This document shows positions 26,599 through 36,624 of a DNA stretch of 64,000 nt, in pieces. Both the position numbers and the translations under genes were made by a program. The number at the start of each line of letters is the position of its first letter. The stretch's first letter is position 1. The stretch is from Cytophagales bacterium (lineage in GTDB: Bacteria; Bacteroidota; Bacteroidia; Cytophagales; Spirosomataceae): positions 21,760 through 85,759 of the forward strand of contig RDXN01000049.1 in NCBI GenBank assembly GCA_004292855.1, in the 5' to 3' direction. The notes beneath the pieces are model-generated. The model ran no database searches and had not been told where the DNA came from. It saw only the letters and a program-made list of their open reading frames with translations.

Positions 26599-27490
26599 GT
26601 TCTGTATGGGAGGGCTTTATGAAACCCTGTTGAGCCAGCCACTCGGCAAATCGCTCGATCCACCCATCCGAGGGCAAATTCTGTTTATTCATGCCGAACC
26701 CATGCCCCCCTTTTGCGTACAAATGGAGTTCCGTAGGTTTCTTAGCCGCAAGCCATGTGTTGTACAAGTCCACGCTGTGTGGAGCCAGATTCAGTTGATC
26801 GTCGGAGGCACAAACCAGGAACATCGGGGGCGCATCGGTTGGCAAGTTGCCCTGCATGGCTGCCGGGAAAAAAGCGTAAATGGGGGCCGCAAACGCTGGT
26901 TTATTGTCGGCATTGTAGCCAAAAACAGCCCCCGCTGTCACTGTCCCCCCCGCCGAAAAACCCATAATTCCGATTTTGTTTGGATCAACGCCATACGTAG
27001 CCGCGTGTTTGCGGACGTAGGCGATAGCCGCGCGACCATCGGCCATCGACAGGGGAATTGTGGCCTTGTTTTCGGCGTCCCACTCCTGTTTGCGCGGCCC
27101 GTCGATGCCCGCCATCATGTCGGCAAACGGGTCGTCGGTGTTGATGCGGGCCGTCCGGTATTTTAACACAAACGCCGTGACACCCTTTTTTGCCAGACAT
27201 TTCGCCACGTCATTACCCTCACTATCAATGGACAGAAAGTGAAACCCTCCGCCCGGACAAATCACCACCGACGTCCCCGTTGCCAGAGCCGGATCAGCCG
27301 GGAACACCGTCAGCGTTGGGTTGACGACGTTATAAACCGTCATCAGGTTAATGGCGTTTTTGTTGTTCTTTTTCTCGGTCCAGTTCCAGGTTTCCGAGCC
27401 GGGTGCGGCCCCGTCGTAGATTCGCACCTCGGTTTGTTGCGCCTGAGCCAGCCCAGCCAGCAATACGCCAAGTAGTAGTAGTCGTGTTTT
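26585..27490 (-). CDS. secreted alpha/beta-hydrolase esterase
   Basis: signal peptide; GFSAGG nucleophile elbow, HGFG C-terminal His. Confidence 0.7.
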   Translation of the reverse strand, partial: KTRLLLLGVLLAGLAQAQQTEVRIYDGAAPGSETWNWTEKKNNKNAINLMTVYNVVNPTLTVFPADPALATGTSVVICPGGGFHFLSIDSEGNDVAKCLAKKGVTAFVLKYRTARINTDDPFADMMAGIDGPRKQEWDAENKATIPLSMADGRAAIAYVRKHAATYGVDPNKIGIMGFSAGGTVTAGAVFGYNADNKPAFAAPIYAFFPAAMQGNLPTDAPPMFLVCASDDQLNLAPHSVDLYNTWLAAKKPTELHLYAKGGHGFGMNKQNLPSDGWIERFAEWLAQQGFIKPSHTEHANR

Positions 27491-27505
27491 CATATTGGTA
27501 TTCAT

Positions 27506-28918
27506 TTATGCCGTATGCTGATAGACGTCCCAACCCATATAATTCTCGAACGCTTCGCGCAAAACGCCCGCCGTTCGCGAAGCATTCATGACCACGTGAT
27601 GCTCAAACCCATTGCGGCACACGTACTGCATCAGGTTTTGTAGGTTGTCGATTTTGGCCACCGCCCGGTTGCCGAAGGTATTGAGCGGGTCGTCGGTGAG
27701 GACCCCCTCGCCAATGTACGCCTTCATGATGCCTTTGGGGTCGTCGGTGCTGATGCGCCCAAACGTGAGGGGCGACGCGGGCGTGCGACCGTCCAACGCG
27801 CCATAAGTGTTTTCTTCGCCCACCGTCGTGCCCAGAATCGGTGCCGTACTCATCTGTATATCAGGCAGAAATGACTTGGCCCAGTTGCCGCAATGAAACA
27901 GCACACACTTATTTTCGTCGTCGGCGTAGTTGTTGTTCCAATCGACCAACGCGCTTGGCGAACCAGACGCGAGTTGCATGGCGTACATGCTCAACGTACC
28001 CGTCACATCGACCTCACACGCGCTCGGCAGCATGTTCTCGCTCATGATGCTCATGTTGGTGCAGACGTTGCAGCCGTAATTCTGTTGCAACGAGGTCCAG
28101 CACTGAATAGCCTTGGCATCAAGCGCGTGTTCGGCCATGAACTCGGCCAGTACCACATCGAGCTTGGCAATCTGCACCAGTCGGTCGTCGGGGGTGCGGC
28201 CTGTGGGGGCGTAGGCCCGGATGGTTTCTAACTTATTTTTTACGGACTGATCGTTGATAGTCAGCTTGTTGGCGTTGCCCAGAATCTTCGACAGATCGAC
28301 CGTTACCACCGAAATTCCGTGCCGTTGCAGGATTTTCTCGCTGTAACGCACGGTGTTGAACGCCCCCGGTCGCGCCCCCACCGCCCCAATCCGCACCGTC
28401 CGCAGGCCGCGCACCACCCGGCAAACAGCTTTGAAATGCAACAGATCCTGGGCAAAACTGGGGTCCGACGGATGCACCACATGCTTGGTTGTGAGCGAGT
28501 ACTTGATACCAAACTGATACAGGTTGTTGCACACCGAAATCTTGCCACACCACGCATCGCGCCGACGCGCCACGTCCATCCGGTTCAGATCGTCGGGGTA
28601 CGCCTGAACAAGCACAGGTACGTCTAACCGAGCGAGTTTGAGGGTTTCGGCCACGCCTTTTTCATCGCCGAAGTTGGGCAAAACGACCACCACGCTCATG
28701 ATTTCGTCGGCATGACGCCGGAAGAGTTCGGCGCATTTTTGGGCCTCCTGAAACGTTTCGACGCCCCCCAGTTTGGTTGCCTGCTCGTCGAGCATGATCG
28801 GTTTCAGACCCGCTTTCTGAAAGGCGTCGAGCAAATCGGCGCGGCATTCGCCAACGAGTTTGTCAGGGAAAAAGTCACGGTTGCCGATGATTACACCGAC
28901 GGAAATGGGGTTGGTCAT
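27506..28918 (-). CDS. L-fucose/L-arabinose isomerase family protein (COG2407-like)
   Basis: 470 aa; fucose-isomerase C-domain-like region (FHCGNWAKSF, VDWNNNY). Confidence 0.55.
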   Translation of the reverse strand: MTNPISVGVIIGNRDFFPDKLVGECRADLLDAFQKAGLKPIMLDEQATKLGGVETFQEAQKCAELFRRHADEIMSVVVVLPNFGDEKGVAETLKLARLDVPVLVQAYPDDLNRMDVARRRDAWCGKISVCNNLYQFGIKYSLTTKHVVHPSDPSFAQDLLHFKAVCRVVRGLRTVRIGAVGARPGAFNTVRYSEKILQRHGISVVTVDLSKILGNANKLTINDQSVKNKLETIRAYAPTGRTPDDRLVQIAKLDVVLAEFMAEHALDAKAIQCWTSLQQNYGCNVCTNMSIMSENMLPSACEVDVTGTLSMYAMQLASGSPSALVDWNNNYADDENKCVLFHCGNWAKSFLPDIQMSTAPILGTTVGEENTYGALDGRTPASPLTFGRISTDDPKGIMKAYIGEGVLTDDPLNTFGNRAVAKIDNLQNLMQYVCRNGFEHHVVMNASRTAGVLREAFENYMGWDVYQHTA

Positions 28919-29194
28919 GGTTTAGGCTACGGTTCGGCAGAAGCTTGTGAAGCTCCGCCAACTCATAAAGCGAAAACCAGTTCGTTTATAGCTGTTTGGT
29001 TGGGAGGGGCTTTTATCGAACTGGCTGACACACAGCCCTTCGACAGGCTCAGGGTGACCGCTGCCTTGTGAGTGAATACCTACCCTGACTCAACTTTCCT
29101 GTCACCCTGAGCGGAGTCGAAGGGCGAGCCTAGCCGCTCAGCCAGTTTGCTACGCTACATAGCATTTTTCAAAACCTCAAAAACTAAGGCGAGT

Positions 29195-29232
29195 CCAATT
29201 GGCCTCACGGCCATGCCGGATACTATCCGGCA
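29195..29232. repeat. family-B repeat, single arm (TTGGCCTCACGGCCATGCCGGATACTATCCGGCATTAC)
   Basis: matches each arm of the 41731-41824 inverted pair; contains 10-bp-arm palindrome ATGCCGGATA/TATCCGGCAT. Confidence 0.8.
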
Positions 29233-29949
29233 TTACAGGTGCTTCCGTTTAATGCTTTTTAAATAGATGACGCCGTATTTCCAGACCAGTATAAGCCCGT
29301 ATTTTGTGCCCTTCCAGAACCCCAAATGTCGATATTTGATGCGGTTCGATTCGAGTAACGATTGCCACATGCCCGCGCTAATACCCTGTTCGGCGCAACG
29401 GCTCATGTCGAGGTCGATGATGCGGACCTGACTCCGGCGCAGGAACAGAATCAGGTTCAGTTCATAGTCCGACATGGCTCGGAGTTGGGTGTCGTAGCGG
29501 AAGTTCTCGAACACCCGCTGGTTGTAGAAAGCGGCTTGATGGTGGATGAGATTACTAACCAAAATGGCGTCGGAAAAGGTGCCGATGAAGCGTCCACTGC
29601 CCGTTTGCAGGCTGTGTCCGGCCAGCAAATCGAGGTCGTTGGTGAGCAGTGGGGCCACTTTTTCCAGGACGCCGGGTAGAATCACGTCGCCCGCGCAGAT
29701 GAACAGAATCCAGTTGCCTTTGGCGCGGTCCAGGCCCTTGTTCATGGCGTCGTAAATGCCGGAATCGGGTTCGCTGATCCAGCGCACGAGCGGGAAGTTC
29801 TGCTCTCGAAGCCAGTTGGCGGTTCCGTCGGTGCTGTTTCCGTCGATAATCAGATGCTCAACCGCCATACCCGTTTGGGCCTGCACACTCGCGATGGTTT
29901 CGGGCAGCAGGTGACGGGCGTTGTAGGTGACGGTGATGACGGAAATCAT
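29233..29949 (-). CDS. glycosyltransferase family 2
   Basis: VITVTYNARHLL, IIDGNSTDGT GT-A motifs. Confidence 0.8.
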   Translation of the reverse strand: MISVITVTYNARHLLPETIASVQAQTGMAVEHLIIDGNSTDGTANWLREQNFPLVRWISEPDSGIYDAMNKGLDRAKGNWILFICAGDVILPGVLEKVAPLLTNDLDLLAGHSLQTGSGRFIGTFSDAILVSNLIHHQAAFYNQRVFENFRYDTQLRAMSDYELNLILFLRRSQVRIIDLDMSRCAEQGISAGMWQSLLESNRIKYRHLGFWKGTKYGLILVWKYGVIYLKSIKRKHL

Positions 29950-30930
29950 TTACACTTTGTAGAACATTTTTTTGTTGAACACCGTCGGCCAGAAAAACCG
30001 CAAGACCACGCCTAGCTGCTGAGCAAACGCCCGTTGATTATCAAGCTCGTAGAATGGCGATTTGCCCTGCCGCAGGTTGACGAGCATTTTCCAGCCGAAG
30101 ATGATTGGCACCAGCGTCAGGTAGTGAAAAATGACTACCAGATAAGCTCCTACACCATATTGCTTCCGAAGCCAGAGCAAGTTCGAGACGTGCATCTGGG
30201 TGCGAAACCGGTTGATGTGCGAAAGGTCGGGTTGTTGGTAATCAGCCTGCGAACCGTATTCCAGGTGGACGATAAAGGCGTCGCGCAACATCAGCAACCG
30301 CCCGGCTTTTCCGAGCCGGTAGCTCCACTCCTGATCCTCGCCGTACATGAAAAAACTTTCGTCTAATGCCCCCACTTTAGCGATCACCTCCGGGCGGGTC
30401 ATGAGGCAGGCCCCCGACATCCATTCAACCTGATCGGGTTCCTGGAACACCGGTTCGGGCAGGAGCCGGTGCATGATTTTGAGCGTAAAGGGCGTGTGGG
30501 GGAAAATAAAAAGATGCCTCCGCAGATGCACAAAGGCCGTGTAGATGCTCCCGTGTACCTTGCCCTCACGGGTAATCTGACTCGGCGTTACGGCGGCAAC
30601 CTCCGGGCGGGCGTCCATCACCCCCACCAATTGCGTCAGCACATCGCTAACCAGCAGCGTATCCGAATTGAGTAAGATCACATACCGACCCCGCGCGTTT
30701 TCGATACCCCGGTTGCTCGCCCGACTGAAGCCCGCGTTGTAGCCCATCTGCATCCAGCGAACATCGGGGAAAGCCCGCAAAATTTGAGCCTCGCTGTCAT
30801 CGCCCGAATCGTTGTCGATCACGAGTACTTCAAACGTCACCCCTTTAGTAAATTCGTGCAGCGTCCGCAGGCAGTCACAAATCAGGCCGGGCGTTTTATA
30901 ATTGACTATAACTACTGATACGTCGATCAA
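29950..30930 (-). CDS. glycosyltransferase family 2, C-terminal TM segment
   Basis: VSVVIVNYKT, VIDNDSGD DxD motifs. Confidence 0.85.
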   Translation of the reverse strand: MIDVSVVIVNYKTPGLICDCLRTLHEFTKGVTFEVLVIDNDSGDDSEAQILRAFPDVRWMQMGYNAGFSRASNRGIENARGRYVILLNSDTLLVSDVLTQLVGVMDARPEVAAVTPSQITREGKVHGSIYTAFVHLRRHLFIFPHTPFTLKIMHRLLPEPVFQEPDQVEWMSGACLMTRPEVIAKVGALDESFFMYGEDQEWSYRLGKAGRLLMLRDAFIVHLEYGSQADYQQPDLSHINRFRTQMHVSNLLWLRKQYGVGAYLVVIFHYLTLVPIIFGWKMLVNLRQGKSPFYELDNQRAFAQQLGVVLRFFWPTVFNKKMFYKV

Positions 30931-31012
30931 AGCAGAACATTCATTTGAGGGGGCAAAAGTACGCGAAAAATGGCACCCAGAAGATACCGTATCCTCTGAA
31001 TGCCATTCGTTC

Positions 31013-32989
31013 TTACTTCCCTTCCTCTTTCGACTTTGCCGTGATTGGCACGCGCCGGGCCGTTGCGGGTTGGGCGTCAGGGGCGATTTCCTTGCGGGCG
31101 TCGGCGAGTTCGAGGAGTTTCAGGCCCATTAGTCCGCTCATCGACCCGTCGGTGGTGCCGTTGGGGCCACCGTTGATCATAATGTCGGGGATGATGCGGA
31201 TGTTGCCGCGACCGATCTCCTCCATGATTTTGTAGCGCGTAAAGTTCTCGTCGCCCATTGCCTTCACCTGCAACTCGTATGCCTCGGCAGTTGAGCGACC
31301 CACGGCCAGAATCTTTTCGGCTTCGGCGGCACCCGTTTTGGCAATCCGCTCGGCTTCGGCATCGGCGGTGAGCTTGGTGGCCTCGGCGTCGGCAGCAGCC
31401 TGACGGCGACGGGCTTCCGCGTTGGCTTCCGCCCGAATCTTGGTGGCTTCCGACTCGGCCCCCACCTGCAACTTCATGCTTCGGGCCTCACCTTCCGACT
31501 TTTTCACGGCGGCATCGGCAGTGCGTTGGGCAATCTCCACGCTCTGTTGGGCCTTCACCACCTCGCGCTGAATGTCGGCGAGGGCTGTTTCGCGCTCCAT
31601 ACCCTGCCGTTTTTCCTGCGCCATCCGCTGCGTTTCGTAGGTCTTCTCTTCTTCCTGCGCAATCTTGCGGTCGGTGAGGGTTTTCATCAGGCTGTCGGGC
31701 GGGGCAATGTCGCCAATGAGCGTGTCAACGGCATTCACGTTGTAGATTTCAAGCACCTGCTTGATGTGCTCGCGGGCGGCCTCCTGCCGTTCTTTTCGGG
31801 TGCTCAAGAACGCGATCACATCGGAATCCTGCGCCGAGTTGCGGAAGTAGTTGCCAATCGTCGGCTCCAGCACCTGCGACACCAGGTTGTTCATGCTCCC
31901 GAAGCGGGCAATCACCTTCGGAGCTTCGGCAGCCGGGATGTGGATGATCTGCGCCACGTCGAGGTTGAACGGGAAACCGTCTTTCGAGCGCACCGTGATG
32001 GTCGAGAGGTTCCGGTCCAGCTCGTGCGACTCCGAACGGGCGTTGGCCCAGTTGAGCACGAGGTTGGTGGTTGGCACGCCCTCCACTTTCATTGTGAACG
32101 TGTTGATGGGGTATTTGCCCGGCCCCAGCGGCTCCATCCAGACGCCCCGGTAGCCTTTGCGCACGATGTTGCCGTGTTTGAAGGTGTCGCCTGTGAGATC
32201 TTCGCCATCCTCGCCGATATACGAGATCACCACGCCTACCTGCCCAATAGGTACGGTTGTCATCGGGATTTGTTCGATCTGCACAGCCCAGGGGTTGATA
32301 TAATACGAACCCGCCAATACGACCTGCGGTTGCAGACCCCGATTACCGCCGTTTTGCAAAAAAGCGTCGATGTTCTGGAAGTTGTTGTGGCCCTCCACCT
32401 GCCGACCGGCAATCTGCCCCGACTGTAACGGCGCACCGTCGAGGGTCGTGATAACACCCACCATGTTCTCCTTAATATCGGTCATGGGCGAGATGCTCAC
32501 CGTGAACGCAAACGTATTGATCCGGTACGTTCCGGGCGTGAGCAGGCCGGTTTGCCGCCCCTTTTGCCCACTTGAAGACAGGAACCGCTCGGTGTCCTGA
32601 AAGTTGTCGCACTCCACGCGCCGGGCCAAAATGTTGCCCTGCGGCAGTTCGGCCCCGTCGTTCGCTAAAATCAGGCCGATTTTACCTTCGGGAATGACCG
32701 TAAACGGCTCCATCTGCACGCCGTATTGCCAGGGCCACATAAACCAGTACAGGCCCGGAGCGAGGGTTTGGGCCTGATAACCAGCTTCGCCTTTGGTGGC
32801 AATAATGCGCCCATCGGGCAGTTCGCGGTCAGGTCCCATCAGTACGTATTTTTTGGTCACGAGACCAATTCGGTCTTGTGGTACGATCACCATACCGAAC
32901 AGAAAACGGAGTACCCATTTGTAGAGCACCAGAGCAACCAGGAGCAAGGGCAACCAGCCCCAGCCCGAAAGCAGGGAAATAAGGTCCAT
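31013..32989 (-). CDS. flotillin/SPFH (band-7) family protein, long form
   Basis: N-terminal TM helix, SPFH core, long Ala/Glu-rich coiled-coil tail. Confidence 0.8.
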   Translation of the reverse strand: MDLISLLSGWGWLPLLLVALVLYKWVLRFLFGMVIVPQDRIGLVTKKYVLMGPDRELPDGRIIATKGEAGYQAQTLAPGLYWFMWPWQYGVQMEPFTVIPEGKIGLILANDGAELPQGNILARRVECDNFQDTERFLSSSGQKGRQTGLLTPGTYRINTFAFTVSISPMTDIKENMVGVITTLDGAPLQSGQIAGRQVEGHNNFQNIDAFLQNGGNRGLQPQVVLAGSYYINPWAVQIEQIPMTTVPIGQVGVVISYIGEDGEDLTGDTFKHGNIVRKGYRGVWMEPLGPGKYPINTFTMKVEGVPTTNLVLNWANARSESHELDRNLSTITVRSKDGFPFNLDVAQIIHIPAAEAPKVIARFGSMNNLVSQVLEPTIGNYFRNSAQDSDVIAFLSTRKERQEAAREHIKQVLEIYNVNAVDTLIGDIAPPDSLMKTLTDRKIAQEEEKTYETQRMAQEKRQGMERETALADIQREVVKAQQSVEIAQRTADAAVKKSEGEARSMKLQVGAESEATKIRAEANAEARRRQAAADAEATKLTADAEAERIAKTGAAEAEKILAVGRSTAEAYELQVKAMGDENFTRYKIMEEIGRGNIRIIPDIMINGGPNGTTDGSMSGLMGLKLLELADARKEIAPDAQPATARRVPITAKSKEEGK

Positions 32990-33236
32990 TGAGAATTGGG
33001 ATTATTGGTTAAGAAAAATACTGGAAAACAAGAAATGCGAGTGCATCGACGTGGGCTGATTGCCCTGTTTTGATGGCTCAAAGGTAGAGTGTTTCGTCAG
33101 ATATGATTCCTAAAATGTGACCATCGGTTACCTAATTGCTCAATTGGTTCTCGGTTAGGACGAAAGGTGAGCAAACCACAAAGGCCATTTGCTAAGTATC
33201 TTTTTGCCCGATAACCAAGCTCTTTACATTTACACT

Positions 33237-34370
33237 ATGGCTGCCACCCCTGCTCTTCGTACCATCCCGCAAATTGTCCCTTTCCTGACCGCCGATGAGT
33301 CGGCCTCTGTTTTACAAACACTGGAAGACGGCTGGATTACCGAAGGCCCCCGATCAGCGGCTTTTGTTGAGGCCCTCAAACAGACGATTCAGGTGCCCTA
33401 TGGCGTATTAGCTCCGAACGGAACACTAGCCCTCGCGCTTGGCCTGATGGCTCTTGGCATTGGACCAGGCGATGAAGTCATTATCCCCGATATTACGTTC
33501 ATTGGGTCGGCCAACGCCGTGTTGATGGTGGGTGCCACGCCTGTGTTGGTCGATGTTGAACCCGACACGTTCCAAATCGATCCAACCCAACTAGAGCATT
33601 GCCTGACGTACAAAACCCGCGCTATCATGCCCGTTCATTTGTATGGCACCGCCTGCGACATGGACCCCATTCTGGCGTTGGCACGTCGGCATGGGCTGCT
33701 CGTTATTGAAGATGCGGCTCAAGGGATTGGGGTCTGTTACAAGGGCAAACCCGTTGGCGGGTTGGGCGACGTGGGTTGCTTTTCATTCTTCGCCGATAAA
33801 ACAATCACGACTGGCGAAGGCGGTTTTGTGGCTTGCCGGGATGAGCACACCTACAGACAATTGTTGTTACTGCGCAATCAGGGCCGCCTGAATCGCGGCT
33901 CGTTTGTACACCCTGCTATTGGCTACAACTTCCGCATGACCGACATGCAGGCGGCTGTAGGTCTTGCCCAAATTAAAAAACTGGACTGGATCATACAACG
34001 TAAACAGGAGCTTTGGGCAACGTACGTCAGTGGTCTACAGGATGTACGTCAGGTCAGAATCTTGGGGGCAGCCAGCCACAGTACCCACGTGCCGTTTCGG
34101 TGTGTGCTGATGGCTCAGGAGGCCACTCAACTTCAAGCCCATCTCGAACAGGCGGGCGTTCAAATCCGGTCGTTCTTCTACCCACTTCATCGGCAACCGT
34201 GTTTTGGGGTATCAGCCTCAGAAATTTCTCCCGTTCGTTCGTTTGGCAACAACGCGTATCCCGTTGGTGACTCCGGGTTCTCGCAGGGCCTTTGTTTGCC
34301 CATCTACCCCACTCTCACCGACGACGATGTTCACTACATAGTCGATTTAATTGTGGCGTTTTATTCGTGA
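33237..34370 (+). CDS. DegT/DnrJ/EryC1/StrS PLP-dependent sugar aminotransferase
   Basis: family-typical motifs across length (GDEVIIPDITFIGSANAV, FSFFADKTITTGEGG with PLP lysine). Confidence 0.85.
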   Translation: MAATPALRTIPQIVPFLTADESASVLQTLEDGWITEGPRSAAFVEALKQTIQVPYGVLAPNGTLALALGLMALGIGPGDEVIIPDITFIGSANAVLMVGATPVLVDVEPDTFQIDPTQLEHCLTYKTRAIMPVHLYGTACDMDPILALARRHGLLVIEDAAQGIGVCYKGKPVGGLGDVGCFSFFADKTITTGEGGFVACRDEHTYRQLLLLRNQGRLNRGSFVHPAIGYNFRMTDMQAAVGLAQIKKLDWIIQRKQELWATYVSGLQDVRQVRILGAASHSTHVPFRCVLMAQEATQLQAHLEQAGVQIRSFFYPLHRQPCFGVSASEISPVRSFGNNAYPVGDSGFSQGLCLPIYPTLTDDDVHYIVDLIVAFYS

Positions 34371-34396
34371 CAAGATAATAAAGTGGTGCTGACGCT

Positions 34397-35143
34397 CTAG
34401 CTAGCAACGGGCAGGGTAGGTGTGAAATGTTTCCGCTTGATCCGTTTTAGATGGATAATCAGGTATTTCCAGGCAAGAATCGCCCCATATCTCGTACCCC
34501 CAACAAGCCCTAAACGCCTGAATTTGATTCGGTTCGACTCCACCAATGACCGCCAAAGTGGGCCACTGATGCCTTGGATGTCGTAGTAGGAGATGTCTTC
34601 GTCGATAATGCGTACGTTTCGTTTCTGGAGCCACATGAGCAAATTCAGCTCATAATCAGCCATAGCTTTGATCGACGTGTCGTACTGAAATTCGTCGAAG
34701 ATGCGTCGGTGGTAGAAAGCCGCCTGATGGTGAATAAGATTGCTAACCAGCATAGCCTCCGAAAACGTACTATAGAATCGCCCGCCCTCCGCTTTTTGCA
34801 CATGCCCAGCCAACACGTCGAGGCCATCGGTCAACATAGGGGCCATCTGCGACAGGATATTGGGCAGCAGTTCGTCGCCCGCGCAGAGAAAAAAGTACCA
34901 TTCGCCAGATGCCATGCTCATCCCTATATTCATGGCTTCGGAAATACCCCGATTGGTTTGACTCACCCAGCGCACCAGGGGGAAATTGTTTTCTCGAAGC
35001 CAATTGGCAGTTCCGTCGTGACCGTTGCCATCGACAATAATGTGTTCGACCGAAACGCCGGTTTGTTTTTGTACACTGGCAATTGTAGCAACCAACCGGT
35101 GCTTGTCGTTTAAGGTGCCAGTAATGATGGAGATCAGAGGCAT
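34397..35143 (-). CDS. glycosyltransferase family 2, paralog of 29233..29949
   Basis: colinear similarity to 29233..29949 (HIIVDGNGHDGTANWLRENNFPLVRW vs HLIIDGNSTDGTANWLREQNFPLVRW; shared LVSNLIHHQAAFY, ESNRIK, IKRKH). Confidence 0.8.
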   Translation of the reverse strand: MPLISIITGTLNDKHRLVATIASVQKQTGVSVEHIIVDGNGHDGTANWLRENNFPLVRWVSQTNRGISEAMNIGMSMASGEWYFFLCAGDELLPNILSQMAPMLTDGLDVLAGHVQKAEGGRFYSTFSEAMLVSNLIHHQAAFYHRRIFDEFQYDTSIKAMADYELNLLMWLQKRNVRIIDEDISYYDIQGISGPLWRSLVESNRIKFRRLGLVGGTRYGAILAWKYLIIHLKRIKRKHFTPTLPVAS

Positions 35144-35368
35144 ATAAAAGAGAATCAATAGCGGTATCAAAACTCCCCAAATAAGCTAAAAACCGCATTA
35201 AATTCCCAGATAGTCCAGAGAAATAAAAACGCACCGCCCCCCTGCAACGAACCACCCCTATGCTGCGTTATGTAATTACCAGTTCACAAATTCATTCGGG
35301 CGTTATTGTATGCAGCATTCTGTACAGACTTTGTTCGTGTTTTTCAACTCAAATTGTCTGTATCGACC

Positions 35369-36559
35369 ATGCCCCGAAGCCTATCTGCGGCCTGCTTTAA
35401 CGCAGCCCTGTTCCTGCTACCGCTCACTGCCTGCCAATCGGACGACGATGTCGACCTTGGCCCCGCTGCCGATTGCCTGGTAAAAGCCTCTGCCCGCAAC
35501 GGCGAAATTATTGAAGGTAGCTACATTGTCACGTATGCCCCAGACGTGGCATTGCCCAACGCACCCAACGCCCGCGTGGCAGCCCAAACACCCCTTGTTG
35601 CCGTTGAGCAGATGCTGCGACTCAACCGGGTTGAGGCCGAAGCCGTAACCGTATTGGGTACTGGCCCCGAAACCATGTTTTCGGCTACCCTTTCCCCCTC
35701 CGATTTGGCCCGGCTCCAGCAAGATCCCGCCGTGTTGTCGGTGGAGCAAGACCAGATTATGTCGATCTGCAACTGCGTTGATGTGGCTACAACGGCCACC
35801 TTGTCATGGAATATATCGGGAACTGGCTTCGGACGGGGCGACCGCCAAAATGGCAAAACCGTGTGGGTAATCGACACGGGAATCGATCTCGACCACCCCG
35901 ACCTGAACGTCGACCGGAACCGCTCAATCTCGTTTCTGACGGGTAAAACTGCCGACGACGAAAGTGGTCACGGCACCCACGTGGCGGGCATTATTGGTGC
36001 CCTCAACAATGGTTTTGGAGTCACGGGCATCGCGTCGGGGGCCACGTTGGTATCGCTCAGGGTGCTTGATGCCGAGGGTGACGGGAAGGTGTCGACTATT
36101 TTGCAGGCCATCAACCACGTGTTTCGCAACGGCCAACCCGGCGACGTGGTGAACATGAGCCTGGGTGGCGAGGGTGTATCGAGCAGCCTTGAACGGGCCA
36201 TCCGGCAAACCGCCGACAGGGGTATTTTCTTCACCATCGCGGCTGGCAACGAAAAAATGGCCGTTGCGGGTCTCAGTCCCGCCCGCGTCGATCACCGCAA
36301 CGTGTTTACAGTGTCGGCGATGGACCGCAACGAGCAGTACGCCAGTTTCTCGAACTACGGACCCGAAGTCGATATATGCGCGTATGGCGTCAGGATTCCG
36401 TCGACCTACAAAGATGGCCGGTATGCCACCTTGTCGGGCACGTCGATGGCGGCTCCGCACGTGGCTGGGTTGCTCTACATTCGTGGGGCAAGTCTGCCCA
36501 CACGCGGCTACGTTAAAAACGACCCCGACGGCAAAGCCGATGCCATTGCAAGGGAGTGA
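35369..36559 (+). CDS. subtilisin-like S8 serine peptidase lipoprotein
   Basis: lipobox LLPLTAC; catalytic motifs DTGID, HGTHVAGIIGA, GTSMAAPHVAG. Confidence 0.85.
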   Translation: MPRSLSAACFNAALFLLPLTACQSDDDVDLGPAADCLVKASARNGEIIEGSYIVTYAPDVALPNAPNARVAAQTPLVAVEQMLRLNRVEAEAVTVLGTGPETMFSATLSPSDLARLQQDPAVLSVEQDQIMSICNCVDVATTATLSWNISGTGFGRGDRQNGKTVWVIDTGIDLDHPDLNVDRNRSISFLTGKTADDESGHGTHVAGIIGALNNGFGVTGIASGATLVSLRVLDAEGDGKVSTILQAINHVFRNGQPGDVVNMSLGGEGVSSSLERAIRQTADRGIFFTIAAGNEKMAVAGLSPARVDHRNVFTVSAMDRNEQYASFSNYGPEVDICAYGVRIPSTYKDGRYATLSGTSMAAPHVAGLLYIRGASLPTRGYVKNDPDGKADAIARE

Positions 36560-36624
36560 TTAGGATTGCAATGGCATATCCTGCGGATTTAGCGGACGGG
36601 CCGATACTGGTCGGGGGGGAAGCT

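Noticed and set aside
28919-29232. tRNA or other structured RNA in the 310-bp spacer (hairpins CTCAGGGTGAC/GTCACCCTGAG and CTGAGCGG/CCGCTCAG)
   Set aside because: No cloverleaf-compatible arrangement and no conserved tRNA boxes recognisable by eye. Left as small hairpins only.
31526-32428. 300-aa plus-strand ORF inside the flotillin gene
   Set aside because: Antisense to a well-supported SPFH gene. Its composition (Arg/His/Gly/Val-rich, no recognisable motif) is typical of spurious reverse-strand ORFs in high-GC DNA.
35964-36563. Several 60-180-aa ORFs on both strands within the S8 protease gene
   Set aside because: Overlapping or antisense ORFs without motifs. The S8 frame contains the full catalytic triad.
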